NCBI GenBank assembly: GCA_041499655.1
Contig: JBGQKQ010000001.1
Coordinates: forward strand, 255 to 64,254
Direction: 5' to 3'
Length of the DNA stretch: 64,000 bases
Origin: Gammaproteobacteria bacterium
GTDB taxonomy: Bacteria > Pseudomonadota > Gammaproteobacteria > Burkholderiales > SG8-39
In this document: piece by piece, positions 52,038-60,163 of the stretch
Position numbering within the stretch: the first letter of the stretch is position 1
How the letters are laid out: each line of letters opens with the position of its first letter
Translations under genes and position numbers: made by a program
Notes under the pieces: generated by a model
Told to the model about the DNA's origin: nothing
Seen by the model: only the letters and a program-made list of their open reading frames with translations
Database searches by the model: none

Positions 52038-53273
52038 ATGCACCGCGCAAGCTACTGGAAGACCACGGCGATCGCACTCGCCGGCGCAGCGCTGAGTTCT
52101 TCGGCCCTCCTCTGGTTACTCTGGCGATCTTCCGCGACGATGCCCCCGGCAGCCGTCGCGACGGGATATTTCCTGACCGCCTGTGCGCTCGCGGCAGCAT
52201 TGCTCGTTGCCGGCGGCGGCCTGGTTTGCCTCCTGCGTGATGCGCGGGAGACCTCGGGAAAGCGAGACTTGGTCGTTGCGTCTGCGAACCGGGTTCCCGG
52301 TCCGAGATCGAGACTCACTCTCAGATTTCTGCTGGGTCCGAAATTGCGGCCTGGGGATGTCGTTCAAGTCAAGACAATGGAAGAGGTAGCGGCGACCCTC
52401 GACGCCTCGGGGACGCTCGACGGTTTGCCGTTCATGGCTGAGATGGAAGCGTATTGCGGCAAGCTATTTCGGGTGCACCGACGCATCGACAAGATCAATG
52501 ACATGCGCCACAAGACCGGGCTGAGGCGCATGCACAATGCCGTAACGCTGACCGAGGTGCGGTGCTCCGGCTCCCACCACGACGGCTGCGACGCCGAATG
52601 TCAGATCATATGGAAGGACTCCTGGCTCAGGAGGCTGCCGGCCGGCCGGGCGACCGTTCCGAATCGAAGCCCCGCCGCACCCGAAGACCGGGCAGCAGGC
52701 AGCCCGCAAGGCAAGGCCCAGGAATATGTTTGCCAGATGACCCAGCTCTGGGAAGCGTCGCACCCGATGTCGCCGATCGACTTCCGGCAGGATGTACGGC
52801 CCCTGTTGCTGGGAAACATCGGCATCCGAGGCTGGGTCGTCGCCAACCTTACGCGAATCTTCAACAGCGTACAGCGGCTGCGCGGCGTAGCCCCCTACCC
52901 GTTCCTACCCGAGTCCCGGGTCAGAGGCCGCACCCCCACGACCGATTTGGACCTCCAGGCAAATGAGGCCGTCGTCGTCCGCACCAAGGAGGAAATCGCT
53001 CAAACCCTCCTGAACGGCAAGAACAGGGGGCTGTGGTTTGACAGGGAGATGGTGCGGTACTGCGGCGAGCCCGCCGTGGTGCGAAAGCGGGTGAACCGCG
53101 TTATCCACGAAGCTTCAAAAAAGATGATCGAAATGAAGACCCCCTGCGTCATGCTCGAGAAAGTCACGGCGACAGGTGAATTTCTCCGCCTTTGCCCACA
53201 GCACGATTACATCTTCTGGCGCGAGATCTGGCTCAAGCGTCCGGAAGGAATCCGGCAGGAAAGCTTCAACTGA
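52038..53273 (+). CDS. Membrane-anchored protein with two copies of an unrecognised ~98-aa domain
   Basis: Two N-terminal TM helices are followed by internally repeated segments (aa 102-200 and 305-402). They share V.V.T.EE.A.TL...G...F..EM..YCG....V..R......W...WL.R. Confidence 0.7.
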   Translation: MHRASYWKTTAIALAGAALSSSALLWLLWRSSATMPPAAVATGYFLTACALAAALLVAGGGLVCLLRDARETSGKRDLVVASANRVPGPRSRLTLRFLLGPKLRPGDVVQVKTMEEVAATLDASGTLDGLPFMAEMEAYCGKLFRVHRRIDKINDMRHKTGLRRMHNAVTLTEVRCSGSHHDGCDAECQIIWKDSWLRRLPAGRATVPNRSPAAPEDRAAGSPQGKAQEYVCQMTQLWEASHPMSPIDFRQDVRPLLLGNIGIRGWVVANLTRIFNSVQRLRGVAPYPFLPESRVRGRTPTTDLDLQANEAVVVRTKEEIAQTLLNGKNRGLWFDREMVRYCGEPAVVRKRVNRVIHEASKKMIEMKTPCVMLEKVTATGEFLRLCPQHDYIFWREIWLKRPEGIRQESFN

Positions 53274-53289
53274 CTCATCGGAAACCGCA

Positions 53290-54177
53290 ATGGCAGAACC
53301 ATCCCCGCTCGTAACCATCGGATTGCCCTGCTATAACTCTGAGCGGTACATAAGGCAATCCATCGACTCGCTGCTTGCGCAGACCTACTCGAACTTCGTG
53401 CTGGTGATCAGCGACAATGCGTCGGTAGACAGCACCGGAGAAATCTGCAGGCAATACGCCGCGTCCGATTCGCGGATCAAGTATTTTCGCAACGACGTCA
53501 ACATAGGGAATCCGCGCAACTTCAACCGGGTGTTCGAGCTGACTTCGACAGAATATCTCAAGTGGTCAACCGCCGACGACTTCTGGGAGCCGACCTTCCT
53601 GGAGCGTTCTCTGGAAATCATGGAACGCGATCCGAGCATCGCGCTGTGCTACCCTCAAGCAGTTCTCGTCGACGCCAACGGCGGCAACCCGCAGAACTAC
53701 GACGACGTGCTCCATCTCGTTCAAGAAGATCCTGCCGATCGCTTCTTGACGCTAATCACTCGCATCAAGCTCGCGCACCAGCACCTTGGGATGATAAGAA
53801 CGTCGCACCTGCGGCAAACACACTTGCTCGGCACCTACGTCGGCTCGGACAATAACCTGCTCGCAGAGCTGACCTTGTACGGAAAGTTTTTCGAGTTGCC
53901 GCACCGGCTGTTCTTCCGGCGATTCCACAAGGATTCCGGAAGCTGGAAACGCGGAGACGCGGCACACGACGCAAGGGTGTACCACGCCGCCGGCGCGAAA
54001 CGCGCCACCCTCACGAAATGGCGCATCCATCTGCATTTTTTTTCGGCTGTGAGCACCTCGCCCCTGCCGCTGCAGTCCAAGATGCGGATCTATCGCCACC
54101 TCACGCAGCGCATGATCTGGGATCGTCGTGAATTGGCCCTGGAATTGGCTCACTACGCGGGTATTTCCCCAAAATGA
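53290..54177 (+). CDS. Family 2 glycosyltransferase
   Basis: The ATG at 53290 gives VTIGLPCYNSERYIRQSIDSLLAQTYSNFVLVISDNASVDST, followed by a DD motif (STADDFW). Confidence 0.88.
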   Translation: MAEPSPLVTIGLPCYNSERYIRQSIDSLLAQTYSNFVLVISDNASVDSTGEICRQYAASDSRIKYFRNDVNIGNPRNFNRVFELTSTEYLKWSTADDFWEPTFLERSLEIMERDPSIALCYPQAVLVDANGGNPQNYDDVLHLVQEDPADRFLTLITRIKLAHQHLGMIRTSHLRQTHLLGTYVGSDNNLLAELTLYGKFFELPHRLFFRRFHKDSGSWKRGDAAHDARVYHAAGAKRATLTKWRIHLHFFSAVSTSPLPLQSKMRIYRHLTQRMIWDRRELALELAHYAGISPK

Positions 54178-54974
54178 AAGTCGTTCTGTTTTGCGGCGGT
54201 CTCGGAACGAGATTGCGCGAGCACTCGGACACCATCCCCAAGCCCTTGGTCAGCATCGGCTACAGGCCGATCATCTGGCATCTCATGCGGTATTACGCCC
54301 ATTTCGGACACAAAGACTTCGTCCTGTGCCTCGGCTACCGGGGCGATATGATCAAGGAATACTTTGTGAACTACGCGGAATGGATGTCCAACGACTTCAC
54401 CCTTTCCGACGGCGGGAGAACCATCAAGCCGGTCAAGAGCGACATACAGGACTGGCGGATCACGTTCGTCGATACGGGCCTGCACTCGAACATCGGAGAG
54501 CGCCTGCTCGCGGTGCGCGACCATCTGGACGGCGAGGAGCATTTTCTCGCTAACTACAGCGATGCACTGTCGGACCTGTCCCTGACGGAGTACTCGAGAG
54601 CATGCGAGACGAAGAATGCGGTTGCCAGTTTCATCGCGGTCCGAACCTGGCAATCCTTCCACGCCGTTACCGCCAGCGAGGACGGAATCGTGAGTCACTT
54701 CGGTCCCATGCGAAATTCAGGATTCTGGCTGAACGGCGGATTCTTCCGCTTCAGGCACGATATATTCGATTACATAAAGGCGGGCGAGGAACTGGTTGAG
54801 GAGCCGTTTCGCCGTCTTATTGAAAAACAACAACTGTATTCATACCAGCACCACGGATTCTGGGCCGCGATGGATACCTTCAAGGACAAGATCACGTTCG
54901 ACCGTATGAACGGGAGGGGCGAAACGCCATGGAAGGTCTGGGAGAAACCGGCTGGGAGCGGCACGGGCAGATAG
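54174..54974 (+). CDS. rfbF: Glucose-1-phosphate cytidylyltransferase
   Basis: MKVVLFCGGLGTRLRE..IPKPLV.IG.RPI.WH.M..Y, 266 aa. Its start overlaps the GT2 stop (ATGA). Confidence 0.93.
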   Translation: MKVVLFCGGLGTRLREHSDTIPKPLVSIGYRPIIWHLMRYYAHFGHKDFVLCLGYRGDMIKEYFVNYAEWMSNDFTLSDGGRTIKPVKSDIQDWRITFVDTGLHSNIGERLLAVRDHLDGEEHFLANYSDALSDLSLTEYSRACETKNAVASFIAVRTWQSFHAVTASEDGIVSHFGPMRNSGFWLNGGFFRFRHDIFDYIKAGEELVEEPFRRLIEKQQLYSYQHHGFWAAMDTFKDKITFDRMNGRGETPWKVWEKPAGSGTGR

Positions 54975-55002
54975 GCGTCGCCTGAAACCGGGAACAATAA
55001 CG

Positions 55003-56082
55003 ATGAATCCAAGCTTCTGGAAAGGCCGGAATGTGTTCATCACAGGCCATACCGGTTTCAAGGGGGGCTGGCTTTCCTTGTGGCTGCAGCGGTTGTCGGC
55101 GAACGTCGTCGGTTACTCGCTGCAAGCGCCGACGGTTCCGAGCCTGTACGAGACCGCCGGCGTAAAGTCCGGAATGGTGACCATAGCAGGCGACGTGAGG
55201 GATTACGCTCGTCTGCGGGAAAGCCTCGAGAAGCACCGGCCGGAAATCATCTTCCACATGGCGGCGCAGTCGGTGGTCAGGCTTTCCTACGAAGATCCCA
55301 TCGACACGTATTCAACCAACGTGATGGGCACGGTCAATTTGCTCGAGGCCGTGCGAAGGCTCCCTGGGAAGGCGGCGATCGTCAACGTTACGAGCGACAA
55401 GACCTACGAAAACAACGAGTGGGTCTGGGGCTACCGGGAAACGGATCGCCTCGGCGGGCACGATCCGTACTCCAATAGCAAGGCTTGCTCGGAATTGGTG
55501 ACCCAGTCCTTTCGAGATTCCTTCTTTGCCGGCGTTGCCGGCGAAGGGCCCGAGAAGTCGATTGCTACCGCTCGAGCAGGAAACGTCATCGGAGGCGGAG
55601 ACTGGACCCGCGACCAGCTCATTCCCGACGTGATGAACGCTTTCCACGAGGGGCGTCCTGTAGTCTTGCGCAACCCTCAGGCGACGCGTCCATGGCAGTT
55701 CGTCCTGGATTGCCTGGATGGTTATGTGACGTTGGCGGAGAAAATCACCGCCGACGGCGCAAAGTACTGCGGGCCGTGGAACTTCGGACCCCACCAGGAG
55801 GACACCCTCTCGGTGCAGAACGTGGTCGAACGGCTGATCGACAAATGGCCAGGCAAGGCGAGCTGGGTCCTGGATGCAAACGCGCACCCACACGAGGCCG
55901 GCAGCCTGCGGCTGGACACGAGTAAGACCCTTCTGCAGTTGGGATGGAAGCCACGCCTAAGGGCCGCCGAGGCCTTGGATTGGATCGTCGATTGGTACGG
56001 AAGATACTTCCAGGGCGCAGAATCCAAGACCCTGTGCCTCGAGCAGATCGAGCGCTTCGAAAAGAAGACACCGACCCGGTAA
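55003..56082 (+). CDS. rfbG: CDP-glucose 4,6-dehydratase
   Basis: 359 aa with FITGHTGFKGGWL, the PYSNSKACSE (YxxxK) motif and RAGNVIGGGDW. Confidence 0.93.
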   Translation: MNPSFWKGRNVFITGHTGFKGGWLSLWLQRLSANVVGYSLQAPTVPSLYETAGVKSGMVTIAGDVRDYARLRESLEKHRPEIIFHMAAQSVVRLSYEDPIDTYSTNVMGTVNLLEAVRRLPGKAAIVNVTSDKTYENNEWVWGYRETDRLGGHDPYSNSKACSELVTQSFRDSFFAGVAGEGPEKSIATARAGNVIGGGDWTRDQLIPDVMNAFHEGRPVVLRNPQATRPWQFVLDCLDGYVTLAEKITADGAKYCGPWNFGPHQEDTLSVQNVVERLIDKWPGKASWVLDANAHPHEAGSLRLDTSKTLLQLGWKPRLRAAEALDWIVDWYGRYFQGAESKTLCLEQIERFEKKTPTR

Positions 56083-56099
56083 CGTCCGAGGAGAGTCGC

Positions 56100-56759
56100 G
56101 TGCTGAGCCTGTTCCCGAAACATCTGAAGACGATCCTCTGCCTCGGCGCCCACTGCGACGACATAGAGATTGGTTGCGGCGGGACTCTGCTGCATCTGGC
56201 CAGAGAACGCCCCGATGTCAGCGTGTATTGGCTCGTCTTTAGCTCCGATTCCGTCCGCGCCAGCGAGGCCCGAGACTGCGCTGCGAAATTTCTCCGCGGT
56301 ATTCAACACAAGACAGTCGTCATCAAGGAATTCAGAAACGGATTTTTCCCTTACCATGGCGCGGAGATCAAGGAGTGCTTCGAACAACTCAAGAGCGAAG
56401 TGACGCCCGACATCATCTTCACGCATTTTCGCGAGGACCTGCACCAGGATCACAAGATTGTCTCGGAACTGACATGGAACACCTTTCGAGACCACCTTAT
56501 CCTGGAATACGAGATTCCGAAGTATGATGGCGACCTTGGTCACCCGAATCTATTTGTGCCGCTGACGGAAAGCGAATGGCGAGGGAAGATCGATCTCATC
56601 CTCGCCAGCTTCGAGAGTCAGAAGGACAAGCGCTGGTTTAGCCGCGATACCTTCCAGTCGATAATGCGCCTGAGGGGGGTCGAATCGAATTCGTCGAGCG
56701 GCTACGCTGAGGGGTTTTCTTGCAGAAAGATCACCTTTGACTGTGTTGCAAGCCCATGA
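56100..56759 (+). CDS. PIG-L/LmbE-family N-deacetylase
   Basis: GTG at 56100 after GAGGAGAG. LCLGAHCDDIEIGCGGTLL and HQDH motifs are present. 219 aa. Confidence 0.85.
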   Translation: MLSLFPKHLKTILCLGAHCDDIEIGCGGTLLHLARERPDVSVYWLVFSSDSVRASEARDCAAKFLRGIQHKTVVIKEFRNGFFPYHGAEIKECFEQLKSEVTPDIIFTHFREDLHQDHKIVSELTWNTFRDHLILEYEIPKYDGDLGHPNLFVPLTESEWRGKIDLILASFESQKDKRWFSRDTFQSIMRLRGVESNSSSGYAEGFSCRKITFDCVASP

Positions 56760-56940
56760 GCACTCGGCCATTCGTGTACCTGCTGCCACCCTCCGCTCCT
56801 ATTCTGACTTCCCATTCGATGTTCCCAGGCTCCTGAGCGCCTGGGTGGACTCCGGCGCTCAAAACTTGGTCACCGCCGGTTTGCACTCCCGCGACCGCAC
56901 CGACCGCGCGGTCGCTCGCGCTCACTAAGCGCGGAGATCC

Positions 56941-58716
56941 ATGTCCCTTTTTTGCGGGATCTTCGCTCTCGACGGAACCACGGAAATACCCCCGGAGTGG
57001 AGAGAGTTCCTCCGGCAAAACCTGAGCCGCTCGGGCTTGGGCCGCGTCACGGAGCATACGGACCGGCGTTTCTATCTGGCCAAGCTCGACTTGGGCGCTT
57101 TCGACGATCCGGGATGGCAGTCGGACGCGGCAGGCGTGACCGCTCTGTGCGGAGACGCTTTCCTCGAGGCGCGCAAGCCGCCCTCGACCCGGGCCGTCGA
57201 CGTGGGGCGACTGCACGCGCTGAGGGATGGTTCGGCCGATCTCGGCACCGCCCTGCGCAGTGCCAGAGGCACCTTCTGCGCGGCCGTGTACCGAGCGCAC
57301 AACGGTCAATTGGTGCTGGCCACCGATAAGGTTGGAGTACGGCCCATGTATTGGATGAGCGACGGCCGTTGTCTTGTGTTTGCCGGCGCCCTGCGACTCC
57401 TGGAGAACCTGCCGGATTTTCCGCTAGCGGTGGATCTGCGGGGCGCGCTGGAGATCGCGTGCTTTGGCTTTCCGCTGGCGGAACGCACGCAATACATTCA
57501 GATCCACTCCCTGCGTGGAGGGGACCTGCTGGTCTGCGACTCAACCGGCGGCGGGCGGGTCCGAGTGGCCCCCTACTGGCGCTGGGATCGGGATGCCTGC
57601 TCAGTCATCGAGGATGACGTCGAGCCGGCGATGCGCCGCCTCTACGAGACGTTCGCCAGGGCTGTGCAGCTGCGTTCGGGTGACCACAAGGCCGCGTTCG
57701 CAGCGCTCAGCGGTGGCCTGGACTCGCGAGGCGTGGTGACGCTGTTGAGGTCCGCAAATGTCGACGTTCACAGCATCAACGTTTCCTGGCGCGGATCGGC
57801 TGATCAAGTGCTGGGCGCAATGTATGCGAAGGCCATCGGGGCGATTCACCACGAAACATTCCTGCCCGAGAGCGAAACCGGACAGCAAGTCGTCGCGGCT
57901 CAGGCCTGGCGGACGATGTCGGATCTCGGCGAGCAACTGGCGAGCAAGGGCGGCAATCCACGCCAGCTCTGGGCGGGAGACGGGGGCAGCGTCGCTTTGG
58001 GACACGTCTACATCAAGCCCGCTGCAGTCCGAGCATTGCGTGAACAGGGGTCGCGCTCCGGAGCGCAACAATATCTCGAGGACAATTTTTTCGCGCTGAC
58101 GAAGCGCCCGTTCCGCGCGCAGTATGCGTCGTTCGCGCGCCGCTTGCCATTGGAGAGCGTAGCGGCCGAGCTCGAGCGGCTCGACTGCGCCGACCCCGCG
58201 CGGGCGCTATATGTTTTCCTGCTCGAGAACGACCAGCGTCGCCACCTCTCGAACCACTTCGAGAACCTCGATCGTCTGCCGATCGAATTTATCGAACCTT
58301 TCTTCGATGCCGAGGTTCTGGCCGCGGTATGCAGGCTGCCTTTGGACTATTGTCTGCGGCATCGAATGTACAACCAGTGGCTCCGCTGCTTTCCGCCGCA
58401 GATCATGCAGGTCCCCTGGCAGTATTATCCGGGTCATGAAAAATGTCCGATACCCATGCCTGCCGATTTGTCCACCCAATGGGACCAAGTCAATCGAGCG
58501 CTCGACCGGCGCCGGCGCCGGGATGCGCTGGACGGCCTGAGAGTCGCGCTGAAGAACCGTTCGCCCTTGAAACAGATAATGCGCGTGGATGTCCTGGCCG
58601 CAGCCTACGTGGCGATGAAACTGCACGCGACTGACGCCTTCTGGTTCAGCCAGCAGGTCGGCGCGCTGGCCAGGCCGCTCATCCACTGTAACGGCCGCTT
58701 TGAGGCGTCGATCTGA
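56941..58716 (+). CDS. Asparagine synthetase B-like amidotransferase (N-terminus MSLFCGIF)
   Basis: 591 aa. GATase-II region (CGIFAL...LATDKVGVRPMYW) and PP-loop ALSGGLDSRGV. The Cys is at position 5 rather than 2. Confidence 0.85.
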   Translation: MSLFCGIFALDGTTEIPPEWREFLRQNLSRSGLGRVTEHTDRRFYLAKLDLGAFDDPGWQSDAAGVTALCGDAFLEARKPPSTRAVDVGRLHALRDGSADLGTALRSARGTFCAAVYRAHNGQLVLATDKVGVRPMYWMSDGRCLVFAGALRLLENLPDFPLAVDLRGALEIACFGFPLAERTQYIQIHSLRGGDLLVCDSTGGGRVRVAPYWRWDRDACSVIEDDVEPAMRRLYETFARAVQLRSGDHKAAFAALSGGLDSRGVVTLLRSANVDVHSINVSWRGSADQVLGAMYAKAIGAIHHETFLPESETGQQVVAAQAWRTMSDLGEQLASKGGNPRQLWAGDGGSVALGHVYIKPAAVRALREQGSRSGAQQYLEDNFFALTKRPFRAQYASFARRLPLESVAAELERLDCADPARALYVFLLENDQRRHLSNHFENLDRLPIEFIEPFFDAEVLAAVCRLPLDYCLRHRMYNQWLRCFPPQIMQVPWQYYPGHEKCPIPMPADLSTQWDQVNRALDRRRRRDALDGLRVALKNRSPLKQIMRVDVLAAAYVAMKLHATDAFWFSQQVGALARPLIHCNGRFEASI

Positions 58717-60149
58717 TGAGCGTCGAAAAGCAGACTCTTACAGCGCTGAAGTGGACGAGCCTCGCCAAGCTGGCCGGGCAGATCGTCAGCTGGGGCGTGA
58801 CCCTAGTCGTATTGCGGCTCCTGCTACCTGCCGACTACGGCCTCATGGCGATCGTCTCGATGATCATCACGGTGCTCGTCAGCATCGCCGAGCTTGGACT
58901 GGGCGTATCGCTGGTACAGGCGCCCAAGCTGGAGCGGGACGATCTCAGCATCGTGACCGGCGCCGTGATCTTGCTGAACGTGTGCATCGGTGTCGTGGTC
59001 GCGCTATTGGCACCGCTGGCCGCGTGGTTCTACTCCGAGCCGCGCCTTACTCTGCTGATTCAGTCGGCGTCCCTGCACTTCCTTTTCGGCGCGCTCGGTA
59101 CCGTGCCGCAGGCCCTCGCCTACCGCGACATGAATTTCAAGTGGCTCGCCTGGGTGGAGTTGGCGGCCGTGGTGACGGGTGGCCTGGCGACCCTGGGCCT
59201 TGCCTGGCATGGGTACGGCGTGTGGGCGTTGTTGCTCGGCAGCCTGTTCCAGAATTTCGTTCGCACTGCCTTGCTCCTGCGCAAAGGGACGCCCCTTCCG
59301 GTCTTCCGGCTCCAGGGCCTGCGCAGACATCTGACTTTCGGGGGCACGTTTACGATCGCCCGCCTGATCACGCAGATGGTCTACCAGGCCGACATCTTCA
59401 TCGGGGGACGCATTCTCACGCAGCAGGCGCTGGGACTGTATTCCGTGTCGCTGCACCTGGCGACGCTACCAATGCAGAAGATCATGGGCGTGATAAACCA
59501 GGTCGCCCTGCCCGCGGTCGCCAGGCTCCAGGACGACCGCGCGCGCCTGCGGCTTCGCCTGCTGGAGGCCATTCGACTGCTGATGGTGTTCAGTCTTCCG
59601 ATGCTGTGGGGACTGTCGGCGGTGGCCCCTGAGTTCGTAGCAACGATCATGGGCCCCAAGTGGGAAGAAGCCGTGCTTCCCCTGCAGGCAGTTTGCTTGG
59701 TCATCCCGATGCGGATGTTGAACGCGACCTTCAACACGGTGTCGGTGGGCGTCGGCGACATGCAGGTCAACCTAATCAACACGGCGGCGAGCTAGGTCGT
59801 GCTACCCGTGTCGTTCTACGTCGGTGCGCACTGGGGCGTCAACGGATTGGCGTTCGCCTGGGTGTTTGCCATTCCCTTCATGTTCTTTTTCATATTGCCG
59901 AGAACCCTGCGGATCGTCGACCTGCGGGTCGCCGATCTGGTGACGTGCTTGCGCGTCCCGGTCGCTGCCGGCGCGGTCATGTATTTGGCTGTCAGCCTGA
60001 CTCGCTGGGGCTGCGAAGGCCTGGCACCGGCGGCAAGATTGCCGCTGCTGGTCGTGCTGGGCGCCGCCGCCTATATAGGGTCGGCGCTGCTGCTTGACCG
60101 GAAGATCATCCCGGACGTCCTGCGGGTAGTGCGCGGGATGCGCACATAG
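58716..60149 (+). pseudogene. Wzx/PST-type polysaccharide flippase interrupted by one in-frame TAG (59793..59795)
   Basis: Two same-frame ORFs (58716..59795, 359 aa; 59799..60149, 116 aa) are both polytopic. Joined they give 477 codons, the usual length for MOP-superfamily O-antigen/EPS flippases. A GTG lies 3 nt after the TAG. Confidence 0.7.
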
Positions 60150-60163
60150 CGAACGCCTGGGCC

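Noticed and set aside
56901-56914. 14-nt perfect palindrome CGACCGCGCGGTCG in the 181-nt gap before the second AsnB-like gene
   Set aside because: It is short and GC-only, the kind of palindrome expected by chance in this composition. No flanking T-tract or promoter-like elements are present.
59793-59795. In-frame TAG in the flippase as a pyrrolysine or programmed amber read-through site
   Set aside because: No pyl genes or PYLIS-like context are visible in the window, and pyrrolysine is not expected in this kind of organism. A mutation, a sequencing error or reinitiation at the adjacent GTG are simpler explanations (see findings).
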